DNA of 63,717 nucleotides, the filler included, from Trypethelium eluteriae (taxonomy: Eukaryota): NCBI GenBank assembly GCA_051942245.1. It is 3 parts of 3 records of this genome, joined end to end, with 100 filler letters (N's around TTAATTAATTAA, not from the genome) between each part and the next. Parts side by side here need not be neighbours in the genome. Positions count along the whole stretch, not along the records: positions 1 to 21,244 come from JAVECL010000476.1; positions 21,345 to 42,576 come from JAVECL010000477.1; 1 more part is not named here. The stretch is one strand, 5' to 3'. A program made the position numbers and the translations under genes. This document shows, piece by piece, positions 13,013-27,125 of this stretch (its first letter is position 1; each line of letters begins with the position of its first letter). The notes below the pieces were generated by a model, which was given only the letters and a program-made list of their open reading frames with translations, did not search any database and had not been told where the DNA came from.

Positions 13013-13980
13013 CGAGTTTTTGTAACATCTGCATGAAATCGATTTGCACGTTATATAGAGGTCAGATCTTGACGCGACTCAGGCCACGCCATAGGCGAAA
13101 TCAGAATTCTTTCAGATCCGTGGTAGGGCTCTCTTGTATTCAGAACCATTAATGACCTACTGGCCAGGCAAAACCCTAATGCGTATGGAACAACATGTGC
13201 ACTACAAAACAGATACAGATGAGAAGTGGTGATTCCTGTTTGTTCAGTCAGACTACGAGCAAGGGAATGTAGGAGAACTTGGTAACCTAAATCTGAAAAG
13301 GTATTATAGAAGGTAAATTGAAGTGTTAAGTTAGGCATGATAGCACGTATGGAGGTACTCCCTGTTTGTGCTCTGGTTCCTGCCTATTTTAACGTGCGTT
13401 CTCTGATCCGTCTATAGACATAGACACAATCTCTTGCGCGGCTACGCCCGTCACAGCGGTTTCGCGATGATTCTGTAGGATCTGGGCTTTGACGGCTCGT
13501 CCTTGCATCTACGTTCCAGCATCTGTCACGAATGTCTGCAAATGCGAAGACTCATTCTTGTATGTTTGCTGGTAACCTTAATTGTTTCTGGAAGAGGGTT
13601 AGCTGGAGAACTCAATCCATTATCTTTTCCAGAATGCGAAAATTGTGGATCGGTTGCGCGATAATGGACTTGCCTCCATAAGAACATGGTGAGATGATTG
13701 GCATACAGTTTAGAAATATACCTCTACATCGATGAGTACAGCTAGCTAATAGTGGACAGATGGATTGCCAGTCTTAACTGTAATGGCTATTGGCAGGTGG
13801 CAGTGACAATTACCGGAAGGTTCAAGGTTTGGGTATGTAGTGCACCACGGAAGCATGGAACCATTAAGGGATTTGGTGACCATGCCCGTGCGTCATCGCC
13901 CAACACGCGTTTACTCTATACCTCCTCTGACGTCTTTTTCCCAGGCCGCTTTGCGAAGCCCGAACTTCACTATCGGAGGC

Positions 13981-14738
13981 ATGGCCTCTCTTCTCTTATG
14001 GACCTTCTTTCTGTCGCTCGCCATATTTTCCATAAATACTGTTGGCTCGTCATCTATCAACGACTTTGTATGTCCAACGGAGTTCGTCTGTAGATCGATC
14101 AGCATAGCTAATATGGTAATCAGCTATGGCGACTCTACAATAGGCTCCCAGTTGCGACTTCTCAGGCCGCCAAGAATCAAATCAGACTCAGGCAAGAAGT
14201 TGTTCGTCTGAATAAAGAAATTAGCGGAGTGAGCGCTCAAGACGAGTTTTCGAAATGGGCAAAGCTACGGAGACAACTAGACAAGGCCAAGGCTGAACAC
14301 GATAAATCTGGTAGGCTGAATTCCTTCACCTCGTTGCCAAGTGAGACAAGTACTGATTTATGGACAGCATCGACTGTAGAATCATCGAAAGCCCGATTTG
14401 ACTATGCAGTAAACATCGCGCGGTGGATCAGTACCAACGGCCTGCGCCTGTTCCTACAATACTGGTACTCGAAAGAACCGATGTTTTGGATACCGCAAGG
14501 ATGGGTACCAAGTTACGTCGAATGGCTTCTATCATTTCCAAGGGCACCACAAGGAAGCATCAGTATACAGATATGGCAGATTGCTTGTACCAGCGTTATT
14601 GGGATGGTAAGCGAAGCAATATTCGCACTCTACGCATTGGCAACGAAGGGCGCGTCAAAGGAAGACCCACAAGCATATCGATCAGGCGGAGAAGGCAAGC
14701 CGACTAGAATTGGAGGCGGGCCGAAAAAGGAGTTGTAG
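13981..14738 (+). CDS. GET1: GET complex subunit GET1 (WRB/CHD5-like)
   Basis: N-terminal TM segment; SAQDEFSKWAKLRRQLDK; FWIPQGWVPSYVEWLLSFPRAPQGSISIQIW. Introns near 14067-14121 and 14310-14368. Confidence 0.92.
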
Positions 14739-15430
14739 AATCGCTATGATACCCTATCTATGTAAAAGAGAAACGAATTCGCGAATCGGTGGAATGCTTC
14801 CGTCCCAACTTTAGTAGCTACCAAAACCCCCTCTCGTCATTCTCATAGAAGTATGTATCTCATAATATTGACGCAGAGTCGTCAGTGCAATTGCTCCGAC
14901 CCTGCAACACGAAATGAGACGACCTTGGCAGGCCAGTGTTTTTTCTTGGCGTGCTATTTGAACTCGAGACCTTCAAGTGATAAGCGATCGACGAGTCTTC
15001 GAAGCGCCGTGATGTCTATCAACGATCCAGACTTATCTCGCTCGTGACTTTCAGAACGAACAGATCAGGGTCCATCATGGCGATAGTCGGTACGGTAGGT
15101 AGTATTCCACCAGGAGACAGGTTTATGTAGCAGAGGCTAGGAAGAGTAACCCATGCCTCGAGAATACTACGATGACCACATTTCTGCTTAAAGGCAGCAA
15201 CGCACACAGTTGACTCACTCGTGTGATTCGGCGGAAAACCTCTCAGAAGGCTTGGGAGGTTGGTTGTGCGAGTAGAACAGGACCGCCCGGCATATGGGCG
15301 TGGGCGTACACGAAAGACATGGACTGGACGGGAGGCTTGCAAATTTTGTGCACGAAAGTTCCATGGCACGTGCGCGGCTATGCAAGCAATTAACACTAGC
15401 GCGCATCATGTACGTGATCGATCTCTGAGG

Positions 15431-15448
15431 CGCGTCGCCAGTCGCGTC
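15431..15448. promoter_or_regulatory. Two MCB-like CGCGTC (GACGCG) cores upstream of RNR1
   Basis: CGCGTC at 15431 and 15443, about 230 bp upstream of the ATG; RNR1 is a classic MBF target. Confidence 0.45.
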
Positions 15449-15670
15449 CCCCTCTAGCGTAAACATCTGTGCTCCACCGAGCATTTATCATACCCACTTC
15501 CCAACCATCTCTGCTTCTTCTCCATCCCTCATCCTAAAGCTTGACCTCTTCAAGCTCGCGGAGTTGTGGCTTGACTTGCTCTTTCCTACTCTCAAAGCTC
15601 GTCTTGCCACAGTACCACCTCATTGTTCTCTTGGTACATTTCTGCAAATATCTAGCTACCCCTCTGCAAC

Positions 15671-18655
15671 ATGTTCGTGTACAAACGCGGTACGTATGAT
15701 GAAGCTGTCTCGTGTTTTCTGCAGTCACATCTTGAATTCAGCTTCCTCTGCAAGATCTTCCCAACCCTCATTCCTTACCTGAGAATATCGAGACGCTGGC
15801 AACAAATGAATTTCATCATTACCTAGAAATACTAACAGCTGTACTGCAGATGGACGCAAGGAACGCGTTCAGTTTGACAAAATAACGGCGCGTGTATCAA
15901 GGCTTTGTTATGGTCTCGATGGAGACCACGTCGATGCTGCCGCCATCACCCAAAAGGTCATCTCTGGTGTATACCAAGGGGTGACTACCGTTGAGCTCGA
16001 CAATCTCGTAAGTCCTTGATTCTGATTAGTCTAGTCGTGCACCCAGATATGCTAATACTATTTTCGAAGGCTGCTGAGACCGCTGCATACATGACTGTTA
16101 CTCATCCAGACTATGCCGTCCTCGCTGCGCGTATTGCCGTCTCGAATTTACACAAACAGACCAAGAAACAATTCTCGGCGGTGATTTCGGATCTATACCT
16201 CTACACCAATCCAAAGAACAACAAGCTCTCGCCTATGATCTCCGAGGAAGTCTACAACATTGTCATGAAGCATGCCGATGAGTTGAATTCTGCTATCGTG
16301 TACGATCGTGATTTCAATTACCAATACTTTGGCTTCAAGACACTTGAGCGATCGTATCTCCTACGCTTGAATGGTAAGGTCGCAGAGCGTCCCCAGCACT
16401 GTCTCATGCGTGTCGCTGTTGGTATTCACGGCGATGACATCGAGCGGGCCATCGAAACCTACAACTACATGTCAAACAAATACTTCACACATGCGTCTCC
16501 TACCCTCTTCAACGCAGGCACACCAAATCCACAAATGGCTTCGTGTTTCCTGCTCGACATGCAATCAGATAGCATCGAGGGTATTTACGACACGCTCAAG
16601 AGCTGTGCCATGATCTCCAAGACAGCCGGTGGCATCGGTCTTGCATGCCACCGCATCCGTGCTACAGGTTCCTACATCGGTGGAACCAATGGTACCTCAA
16701 ACGGTCTTGTACCTATGCTTCGTGTATTCAACAACACCGCCCGATATGTTGATCAGGGTGGTAATAAGCGTCCCGGTGCGTTTGCCATGTACCTTGAGCC
16801 CTGGCATGCAGACATTTTCCCTTTCCTGGATCTAAGGAAGAACCATGGCAAAGAAGAGATCCGTGCTCGTGACCTCTTCTACGCTCTCTGGGTGCCAGAC
16901 CTGTTCATGAAACGCGTGGAAGCCAACCAGGAGTGGACTCTCTTCTGCCCGAATGAGGCGCCCGGCTTAGCTGATGTTTACGGGGAAGAATTCGAGGCTC
17001 TCTACGAGCGGTACGAGAAGGAAGGGCGTGGTCGTGAGACTGTCAGAGCTCAGAAGCTTTGGTATGCTATCCTAGAAGCTCAAACCGAGACAGGCAACCC
17101 ATACATTTGCTACAAGGACGCATGCAACAAGAAGAGCAACCAAAAGAATCTCGGTACGATTCGAAGTTCTAACCTTTGCACTGAAATCATCGAGTATACT
17201 GCACCTGACGAAATTGCTGTCTGCAATCTTGCTTCCATTGCTCTCCCCACACTCGTCAACTTCCAGACAGGCGAGTATGATTTCGACAAGCTCCACGAAG
17301 TCTCCCGCATCCTCGTCCGCAATCTCAATAGGATCATTGACCGAAACTACTATCCACTGGAGGAGGCGAAGCGTAGCAATATGCGCAATCGGCCTATTGG
17401 TCTCGGTGTTCAAGGTTTAGCCGATACCTTCCTCGCCCTGCGTCTACCCTTCGACTCTCCTGAAGCCAAAGACCTCAATATTCGCATCTTTGAAACTATC
17501 TACCATGGTGCTCTAACTGCCTCTTGTGAGCTTGCACAAGAACAGGGACCATATCAGACCTACGAGGGCTCGCCAGTCTCTCAGGGCATTCTGCAATACG
17601 ACATGTGGAACAAGACTCCCACAGACCTTTGGGATTGGAGCAGCCTCAAGGCTCAAATCGCCGAGCATGGTGTTCGGAACTCCCTTCTTGTTGCCCCCAT
17701 GCCCACGGCTAGTACCTCGCAGATTCTCGGCAACAACGAGTGTTTTGAGCCTTACACCTCTAACATCTATCAACGCCGCGTGCTTGCTGGTGAATTCCAA
17801 GTCGTGAATCCTTGGTTGCTCAAGGACCTTGTCGATATGGGCCTATGGTCTGACAACATGAAGAATCGTATCATCGCCGACGGTGGTTCGATTCAACGTA
17901 TCCCCAATATTCCCGACGATATCAAGGCACTTTACAAGACCGTCTGGGAGATCTCTCAACGCACGATTGTGCAGATGGCAGCTGATCGTGGTGCTTTCAT
18001 TGATCAGAGCCAAAGTCTAAACATTCACTTGAAAGAGCCGACGATGGGCAAGATCACCTCCATGCACTTTGCTGGTTGGAAGTTGGGTCTGAAGACTGGC
18101 ATGTACTATCTGCGTACACAGGCGGCATCTCAGCCGATCCAATTTACAGTCGACCAAGAACAGCTCAAGGTCGTCGACACGAATGTTGCTCGTACGCCTG
18201 GCATGAGTAAAAAGCGTGGTCTCGGCTCAGCAGGTTACTCGAGCTCTCCCACACCGCGACCAATGTACATGTCGAAGCCCCCGGTCACTCCTGGTAGTGG
18301 TGTCAACGGCGCTCTCACGCCAGCTACTACTCCCCCAGAGGACTCGGAGACCAAGCGACTAGACGTGGCTAAAGCAATTGAGGTGAAGAAGGCGCCCGAT
18401 GCCAGCCCTCTCAAAGCGCCGGGCTTCAAGGCCGACGTTGACGATGGCGAGAGTCCCAAGATGGTTGGTGTCGATGGCACGAAGGTGGAGCTCGAGAAAG
18501 AAACTCTCCCAGCACCTGCTGAGGAGGTCGAGACACCCAACCAAGAGGAAGATGGCAATGAGAAGAATCAAGAGCGTGAAGGAGACATCTATGCTGATGC
18601 CGTATTAGCGTGCAGTATTGAGAATCCAGAGTCTTGCATCATGTGCAGTGGCTAG
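15671..18655 (+). CDS. RNR1: Ribonucleoside-diphosphate reductase large subunit
   Basis: [31 protein letters not shown] cone after splicing; [39 protein letters not shown]-terminal CIMCSG. Two 5' introns. Confidence 0.98.
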
Positions 18656-19198
18656 GAAGATCTTAACACAGTTTCGTTATTATATCACTCATTACATAAG
18701 GCGTCATGGGGAATGTCTGTACGAACGGAATTGGGATTGTGTCCATCTTTTTGAAGATGATGTTGAGTAGTTTTCCCAGGTAATAGTCAGCGGTAGCTCT
18801 AGACATTAAATGGGCTGACGACAGTCACGTCTCTTCCACATTGATCTATGCTGATGATAGCTGGGGCGCCAAAGAGTACAAAGTAATTACGGAGTACGGA
18901 GTACTCAAAGAGGGCGTCCGAACGGCTGGCTTGCGACGTGCAGCGCTGATCTCCACGCGTAGCTCGTGTCCTTAACTAAGAACCGCGGTCAGTTGTCATA
19001 TCTAGGGAATCGATTCGTACACCACCACAGTGGATCGTGAACTATGACCAGTTCTACAGCAACAAAGAAATGCTGATCCGAGCGGTGCACTGTTCTGAGG
19101 CAGACCCTACTCAACACGTTCTTTAATAGTGTCTTCCCCGTTATTCCAACCATGAACCAGGTAGACCGGAAGCCCTGAGCAAGGAAGAGCTCTTGAAA

Positions 19199-20309
19199 AT
19201 GGTTAACTGGGACCTGTATTTCAAATCCTCATACCCTATTCAAGTTCAGTCATCCTGACGATTGTAGCATCAAATCACTCCTCTTCACCCTCGGACCCCT
19301 CCTCCTTCCAAAGGCCATCGCCTTCGTCCGCTCCATACGAGCTTCTTCCCACCGAGCCTCCATCCGACCGTGTCCTTCCTCCGTTAATCGCGCTCTCAAC
19401 ATTATCTTCGTAATCGCCCTCCTTGCTCTTGTCTCGACTCTTCCTTACTTCAGTCCCGAGAACGTCTTCCTAGCTACTTCTTCGCGCCTACAAATTCCTA
19501 CCGAGGTCCTCTTTACCCGTCTCGCAGGTTTCAAAGGCACCCTCACCCCCTTCGACGAGGCATTGAGAGCTAAATTTGTTAACCTGGAGTCGCGGCTTCT
19601 ATACTTCAAATATGGACCTGATGCGCTCGCCACTTGTTCGTTCTGCACCTCGGAAGATGAGAACAGCTACATTCTCTACTATCTACCAACGCTCTTTGCA
19701 CCGCACATCGTACACCTAATTGCACTGGGCCTTGCAACATCAGGTCTGCTGTTCGGCCCAGAAGCTTCCCGGTGGCGCACCCAGGCAGCAGTTGCCGGGG
19801 CCACCCTGGCCCTCGGAGAACTATGGCTGACCTTGCTCTTTGACCACCGCGCCAATTCGAAAGCGACGAAGCTCGGAGAAATTGACTTCTTCTATTGGCG
19901 CATGCGCATCCTACGTTACCTTACGATGGCTGCGGTGGACGCGCTCTTAGGATGGGCGATTTGGCTTACGGCAACCAATCGCTGGCTTGTGCAACCGCCG
20001 AAAATTGAGGTGCAACTGGAGGAAAGTCTTAGAGTACTGGAAGGGGCGCAAGGGAAACTAACAGCATTGGGCGCGATCAGGAACACGGTATTTAGGGATA
20101 GAGTACTGAGGGAGCAGCTTGAAAAATATTGGACAGAAGAGGGGACGGTGATGGCAGATGTGCACGAAGACAAGGAGGTCGTGGATAGCACGAGGGATGT
20201 GCTAGAGAAGGTCAACGTGGACATGATCGAGCAACGAGCCAAAATGATGACGGAGAATATGTTAGGGTCGGAAGGGCCACTGAAGGCCTTCATTCCTGAA
20301 AGAGAATGA
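19199..20309 (+). CDS. Conserved fungal multi-pass membrane protein of unknown function
   Basis: MVNWD, short intron, then IKSLLFTLGPLLLPKAI; PENVFLATSSRLQIPTEVLFTRL, RLLYFKYGPDALATCSFC, several TM segments. Confidence 0.75.
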
Positions 20310-20478
20310 GACTATCTCGTGACCTCGGAGCTTGAAGATGTCTCCAGGGCTCTTTCGTGATGGAGGGTTCAAGGTCGACTTGCTGCAAAGCTTTCATTTG
20401 AAATGGCTGCAACTGCCCTTCAAGAGTTATTCAACACCTTGCGCTGATCAGGCAATCTAGACGCGTATTCGGTCCCAG

Positions 20479-21244
20479 TCAAGCTTCGTCCTCCTCAACG
20501 ACGAGGCTCCACGGATGTTCAGTCTTGCCGCACATAATATCCTCCAACCAAGTCCTAATCTGCAGAGCGAATAGCCCGCCTTCTCCCCTCCCCATTGGAA
20601 TGTGGAGGTCTACCCCTCTGAAGTGAATCTCCGCAACAGGCGCTATAAAGACGGCCGTCCCTGCCGTAAAGGCCTCCAATATCCTCCCTTCTTGGACCGC
20701 CTCTGCAACCTCCCGCATCTCAAACGTCCTCTCCACAACCTCACACTCGCCACTGCACCGCTCCCTCGCCAGCTCGATCACACTCCTCCTCGTCACCCCA
20801 TCCAAAATAATCTTCTCCTCCACCGGCGCCGTCACCAACTGCGTCCGCCCCTCTCTCGTCCTCCACACCACAAAGAAATTCGACGCCCCCGCCTCCGTCA
20901 CCACCCCATTCTCCCCAAACAACCACAAAACCTGATCGTAACCCCTCTCCCTCGCCTCCCCTTGCGCCACCAGCGTCGGCCCATAATTCGCCCCCACCTT
21001 CGCATACCCAAAACCACCCGGCCACGCCCTCACCGCCTCCTCCCGACTCGCCAGCAGGCGCAACCCGGGCCTACCCGTCACCCCACTCCTCGATAAGTCC
21101 GGAAAACAGCTCAGCAGGACGAACAGCAGCGCCTCGTTCGGCTTCTGCACGCCGAGCGACGCATCGTTCGCGATCATCGCAGGGCGCACGTACAGGAACC
21201 TGCCGGCAGCCCCCTCCTCGCCCTCGTCGTCCTCCCCCTCCCCC
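20479..21244 (-). CDS. Branched-chain amino acid aminotransferase, 3' part (5' part lost at gap)
   Basis: FLYVRPAMI, RAWPGGFGYAKVGANYGP (PLP lysine), YDQVLWLF, TEAGASNFF, ILDGVTRRS, EAFTAGTA. Confidence 0.93.
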
Positions 21245-21344
21245 NNNNNNNNNNNNNNNNNNNNNNNNNNNNNNNNNNNNNNNNNNNNTTAATTAATTAA
21301 NNNNNNNNNNNNNNNNNNNNNNNNNNNNNNNNNNNNNNNNNNNN
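21245..21344. other. Artificial assembly spacer (N44-TTAATTAATTAA-N44)
   Basis: Six-frame stop linker inside Ns; different genes are truncated on each side. Confidence 0.97.
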
Positions 21345-22030
21345 GGGATAGGGGTCGGCGCGGGGTTAAAAGCTTTGGTGCCGAACCAAGAGAATTTGGA
21401 GGTGCTGGTAGAGGATAAGGTAGTTGAGGTGCGGTTGGTTGTAGGACGGGAGGGAGATTTGTTGCTAATCCAGTCCATCCCCGCCTTTTCCTTATCTGGA
21501 GAGGGGATGATGCCGATGTTGATTGGGGCTGAGCTACCCGCAAAGAGATCTCCAAATGTCGTGTTTCTCTTATACTTTGCTTCCGACTGCTTGTTCGTAG
21601 TCTCTTGAGCCTGAGTTTCTTGTCGATTGCCCCAAGTAGAGACTAAGCTACTTATTGACTTTGCGCTCGCTTGCAACGTGACACGTGAATTTTGGGTGAG
21701 AGTGACGGAGCTCAGTGCAGTATTCCTGCAGCGCTCGAGAAAAGTGTTGTTGGATGTCAATGCCGCTACATCCTCTTCACCGTCTTCATCGCTATCGAAC
21801 TGTGGATGTGCCGAGTAGGCGGTGGCTCGGGAAGTTAATGCGGAAGCCGGGGGAAGGATAATGTCTTTGAAGCCATTCAGGTCAAAGCCAGGAGGATACT
21901 GTACATCTGGATCCGAAATTTTATCGATCGAATTAGGGTAAGGTGATTGTCGTGCGGGAGAGGCCGATGATCGTCGAGTTGGTGAGCCTATTGCGGCTCT
22001 TGGCGGAGGGTCAGTGTCATGGTAAACCAT
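21345..22030 (-). CDS. Hypothetical Ser/Pro-rich protein, 5' part (truncated by gap)
   Basis: Open frame from ATG 22030 into the gap, including LFAGSSAPINIGIIPSP; no domain recognised. Confidence 0.6.
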
Positions 22031-23162
22031 GGCTCTTGAAACACCCCGCTGAACCAGACCAATGTAATGGAGTCGATTGTTGATATGTAGTCAATCTTCG
22101 GTACCAAAATTTCTTCTTTCAGACTCGATTACTGCTTGCTTCAGAATGCGGAAGACAAATTGGTGCTGAGCCAAGTGTGGCAGTCGGTGATAGGTTCGGA
22201 AAAGGGCGACCCAGTATGTTCGCGACAACCTTCTCAAACAAGGAAATGTCCAAAGGTCGACAGGTTGATGGGAAAGAAAGACTCCAGATGGATGAACTCT
22301 GGAGAAATTCAGAGGGTACAGCAAGCTCAAGGTTTAATAAGGTGGTAATGGTTTGGAGATGGCAGGTAGGTGGCTGGTGTTTCAACACCGGCCTTGTTTT
22401 CGTCTAAAGGCATCCTTCATCCCTCGTCCTACGATCCACCAGGTATATTGATTACCTACCCAAAAATGACTACACGACACGGAGCCACCCATACTTCGAC
22501 GGAGTATTCCATAAACAAACCATATGAAGTTGATGTGATCCTCGGTTTATCCTCTCATCTCTGTTACCAACATGAGTGTACATTCATGCTTGGTTAATAC
22601 GCTTTGGTATTATTCAAATTCAGATGACAATATGCAAGAGTATCTTCTTTGTTCAAATCGCAAGTAGGAAATGAAAGAAACTCGGCTTCAAGAAGATGTC
22701 TTCAGCCAATCTCCACAGTTCAAGCCGTCAAGTCTGATTCCAACGCATCATCTTGGCTTTCTCCATCCACCCAGTCAGGCTGGAATGGACTACTACTCTG
22801 TGCTACTACTCTGTCCGGAGTTTCCCTACGACTAAATGCACTTCCTTATCGCTACAGCTCTCTGCAGATTGTTTCGTATCCATGAGGATTCACTCGGATA
22901 CCTCGGAAATATATACGAATATCTTTAGATACTTGCCAATTCGCAAGCTTTTTAAAAGAGAAATCATGATTGAACATGTCATTCAAAATCATACACATGC
23001 CTCTGACCCCGCTGCTGGCTATGCAATCAAAAAATACCTTGCAGATGGAGCCTGATAGCTCTGAACCCTTTCATACCAATTCCACATCATTCCAGATCAA
23101 AACGCCTGGCTCTTGAAAGTGCATATTTCAGATCCAAGCTCCGCTGTCCTCCAATATTGTGG

Positions 23163-24448
23163 TCAATAATTTCCTGCCGGAAAATGCACCGGCCTCCTTG
23201 ACTCCTCTTGCTCATACCCTCCCGGGCTTAACGCACTCGGAGTTCGATGATCCGCCTCATCCGGCATTTGTACATGTAGTTCGGGCGTTCCTCCCACGCC
23301 CGTTGAAGGTGGGTCACCATTTCCGGCCCCATTGCCGACCCCATGATATTCAGTGTCTACCCTTACAAAACTGCCCGAACCTCTGTCTGTACCCCAGCTC
23401 AGCGGTCTACCGGGATGCACCTCTGTCTCCCAGCTCTCCGGACGCGCGGAGTATTGTTGCTGTATCTGTGTTCCCGGTGGCTCAGCGCCATGCAGTAATC
23501 CGTACTGGTCATCGTCATGATGCCCTGGGGTATTCCCACGATGGGGACCGCGGTAGTCTGTCTCATCGGTGTGATCATGAGGGTCGTGGAGATTGTCGTC
23601 GGAGTCGTGATCATGATGGTAGGGATCGGAACGGAGGTTACCAGTGTCAGCGGACCAAGCGTCTTTGTTGTTATCTTCGATGCCCTCAGTGCTAGCATAT
23701 GCACCGCCCGGTTGTGAGTCTGGGAGAACGCCAGATTGTCGGTAGCGAAGGGCTTGGTGGACAGAAATCGCACTCGTAGCGATGAAGAGGAGACTGTGGT
23801 TAGGCAAAGAGCGTAAGTATGGTTGCAGCTTTACATGTCCGGAGACTGGGAGAAGAAGAATGAAAGAAGGGAGCATACAAGATAAAGACCCCGAATGCAA
23901 TAATGGCTTCGCCTGTTGTACATTTACTAGAGGAACCGAAAGCGAAGACGTCACAGCTTGCGGGTTTCTTCTGATCTTTGCCGCCTTGTGATTTTCCGGA
24001 ATTGATCCAGGTCGCAACGGCGATGAAGGCGGAAAACCAGAGAATCTGTGGATACCAATTTGGTTAGAATTCCCTCTTCTACAGGCTTCACATATCAAGA
24101 CTCAGCGGTGACTTCGTACCGTGAAGATCAGATCAACTACGGCGTAGGCGTAGACATTTGCGAATCTCCATGCTCGTGACCACATTGGAACCATAACTTG
24201 GTATACTATCGCGGGAATTGTGAGGAAGCACTGCATCCCGTCAATTTCCTTCATTTCCACGTTCAGATTCCTCGATATTGTCGTACCAATCCAAAAAACC
24301 ATCCGATCCGTCCATCCGTACTGCCATTTTTCGTGAGGACGGCGACACAGAGACAGCCAGCAACGAATATAATCAGGATCTGTGCAAGATGGACTATTGT
24401 CTTGGATTGCTGTAACCTTGTCTGTGGCAATCTCATCTCGTCATCCAA
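23163..24448 (-). CDS. MARVEL-like membrane protein with disordered C-terminal tail
   Basis: Exons read VHLAQILIIFVAGCLCVAVL..GWFFGL | CFLTIPAIVYQVMVPMWSRAWRFANVYAYAVVDLIFT | LLFIATSAIS..; four TM-like segments. Exact exon set uncertain. Confidence 0.65.
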
Positions 24449-25604
24449 TTAGGCGGCCGACAATATCTTCAAAAGGGTCAAAGTGTTCGGAGGTGATCGG
24501 ACAGTGGACAGTTGTCCTGGAAAGTATAATATCTCTCGGAAGTAGGTGTAAAGGAGTTAATCAAGGCACAGCCTCGAATACGTACGTGCGGTACAAATCC
24601 ATGCGAATCATCACATGGAGGTAATGAATAGCCCGCACTGTGGCAGTGAAACAGTGAAACAGTGAGGGAGTTCAGGTGCACTATCAAGGCAGAGACCCAG
24701 GTATCCGATATCCAGCAGGCTGAGGAGCTCCTGCACGTTTGTTTTGTCGCGAATCCTGGTCAGAAATAGAAACGCGACCAGACAAAATCAAGGATAGCAC
24801 GGCCTCCCGTTTGCCGTGCAACGCGTGGCTGTTGCAGGGTTTATCGCAACCCTGACATATTTAATCTTCTCGATCATATCGTTGGCTAGCAATAAGCTGC
24901 CGAACAGATTCCAGCGCCGGATTTGCTACACTACCTCTTTTACTCCAAGACAGTGCCTCGGAGATATGGGATATTACTGAAATATCATTCGACAAAGCGA
25001 GAAGTAATAACACTATCTAGCTTTTACAGCGACTTTGACCCTCTGTAAGTTTGACGTGATCCTAAACTGCTTCCACTCGATATTCTTCCATTGTCTCCAT
25101 CTGTACGTCTCCTATGATGCATTTACTGCCACTAAAGTCTCGTTCCAGTTCAGGATTTTCATCATACGGTGTCTAGTTCTGCTACGTAAACTACGACTTT
25201 CAACATCGTAAATGTGCGCTGAAAGTGCTTGATTTGGTAAGGCCCGACTGGCTACCCAGCCACGTTTCCCAGCCACCTGCGCCACCGTCACGTCGTGCGC
25301 TTCATTGCCTCCCATGCATCAATGCCTGTTTCTGCGTTGGTCTCCATTCACTGCCTCCTAAACAGCCATGACCTGTGACTGCAGTACCAAAGCAGTGCCC
25401 ATCTTTCTCTATATCAAAGGGTTATTGTAGAAAATCTAGTCAATTTTGTGAATCCTAGATAGTCACATCTTTCGTCATCTGCCTGGCTAGTGTGCGAAGC
25501 CACCGATTACAGCTCCGTCCTCATCCAGACCCAAGTTTGCATATAGAGAAGTTCAACAGAGATTTCCTAGTTTTTGTTATTGAATTCCTTCTCAAATCAT
25601 TCTT

Positions 25605-27125
25605 ATGCCTTTTATACCCCATACCCCCGAATCTCTTATCTCTCGCAGCGATTCCAAGAATCCTGCAACCACTTGTAAAGGGATCACAGGGAAAGGCATT
25701 CCCTGCAGACGTGACTTGAAGTCCAAAACGAAGAGTGGCGTGCTCGCATTAGCACCAGTTGAGACTGGAGATGGTTTAGAAACAGACGCCGCTGCCTTCT
25801 TTTGCTGGCAGCACAAGGATCAGGCCGAAAATCTCGTTCATAAGAACAATGACGCAAATCGGAATTATGCTGGGACAACCAGTATTATCCCCCTGCAGAA
25901 AAGGACCAGCCTTGATACGTTGTATGAACGACTAGGAGTCCTCGAAGATGAAGAAACAATGTACAAAGATGCAAAGAAACAATCTCCTCGTAGTGAGAGC
26001 AAGGCTGATCGGAGATCTCATCGTCCACCAACTTGGGACAATGTTGAAGGACCGATCATGACGGTACCTCGAAAGTCATTACCTCATCCGAGACCGTCAA
26101 TTCCAGCAGCAAAGCCAGATCCTCTACGGCGGCCGCCAAAAGCAAAACCGACTCTATTAGAAATCTTTTGCTGCGGTGCTGGCGTAGAAGACGACGATTA
26201 TATTGAAGTCGTCAAACATAAAACAAGAAGAGAGCAGACTGTCAACCCCGTGCAAAGACCTCGAATGGAGCACCCGCAGACCTTCCGTCAGGAATTAGTC
26301 TCACGACCTTCTCCGACCTCTGAGAGTCCAGCGGATCGGCATGTTAGCGGTGTTAAATCAGAGCCCAATTCTGGAGCGAATCGCGCGCGGCCTACTATAC
26401 ACCAACAGCCTTCGTCACATACTTCAAATCTCCTTTCCGTCATACCGGATCATCTCGCTCCACAAATAACTTCCCAACTGCTCACCGAACTCTCCAAACC
26501 AATCTCATCCTATGATGAGGAAGGCTACATTTACATCTTCCAACTTACACCCCAAGACTCTCCCAATACTCCATCAAAAGCAGCCAAACTCCTAACAGCC
26601 GAAACACCTCCACACTCGCGTTCAAGGCGCCCATCCACAGGTAACCGCCGTGTCAGCGACGTCTCTACCACTTCCAATCGCACTTCAGACGGTAAGCTCC
26701 TCCTAAAGATCGGTCGGGCCAGCAATATCCAGCGCCGCATGAACGAATGGACTCGACAATGTGGTTACGCCCTTGAGCTCGTCCGATGGTACCCACACAT
26801 CCCATCCTCCTCCTCCTCCGCCACTCCATCTCCCAACCTCTCGCCCGCGACATCTCCCTCGTCGAGACGCTCGCCGAACGCAACGCCAAATGTACGCCGG
26901 GTTTCAGATGCGCCGCTCGTGCGCAAGATACCGCATTCGCATCGGGTGGAGCGGTTGATCCATCTCGAGCTGGCGGAACGACGGGTACGAAAGGCGTGCG
27001 AGGTGTGTGGGAAGGAACATCGGGAATGGTTTGAGATTGAAGCGGGTAGGGAAGGGGTAAGACTGGTGGATGAGGTGGTGAGGAGGTGGGTGGGTTGGGA
27101 TGAAGGGCAAGAGACTACGGCTTGA
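25605..27125 (+). CDS. DUF1766 / T5orf172 (GIY-YIG-like, MUG113) domain protein
   Basis: TTCKGIT..CRR and FFCWQH at the N-terminus; GYIYIF, LLKIGRASNIQRRMNEWTRQC, HRVERLIHLEL, CEVCGKEHREWF. Confidence 0.88.
   Translation: MPFIPHTPESLISRSDSKNPATTCKGITGKGIPCRRDLKSKTKSGVLALAPVETGDGLETDAAAFFCWQHKDQAENLVHKNNDANRNYAGTTSIIPLQKRTSLDTLYERLGVLEDEETMYKDAKKQSPRSESKADRRSHRPPTWDNVEGPIMTVPRKSLPHPRPSIPAAKPDPLRRPPKAKPTLLEIFCCGAGVEDDDYIEVVKHKTRREQTVNPVQRPRMEHPQTFRQELVSRPSPTSESPADRHVSGVKSEPNSGANRARPTIHQQPSSHTSNLLSVIPDHLAPQITSQLLTELSKPISSYDEEGYIYIFQLTPQDSPNTPSKAAKLLTAETPPHSRSRRPSTGNRRVSDVSTTSNRTSDGKLLLKIGRASNIQRRMNEWTRQCGYALELVRWYPHIPSSSSSATPSPNLSPATSPSSRRSPNATPNVRRVSDAPLVRKIPHSHRVERLIHLELAERRVRKACEVCGKEHREWFEIEAGREGVRLVDEVVRRWVGWDEGQETTA

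Noticed and set aside
25605..27125. T5orf172 gene as a phage-derived or mobile nuclease
   Set aside because: It is a widespread fungal family and no element boundaries are visible.
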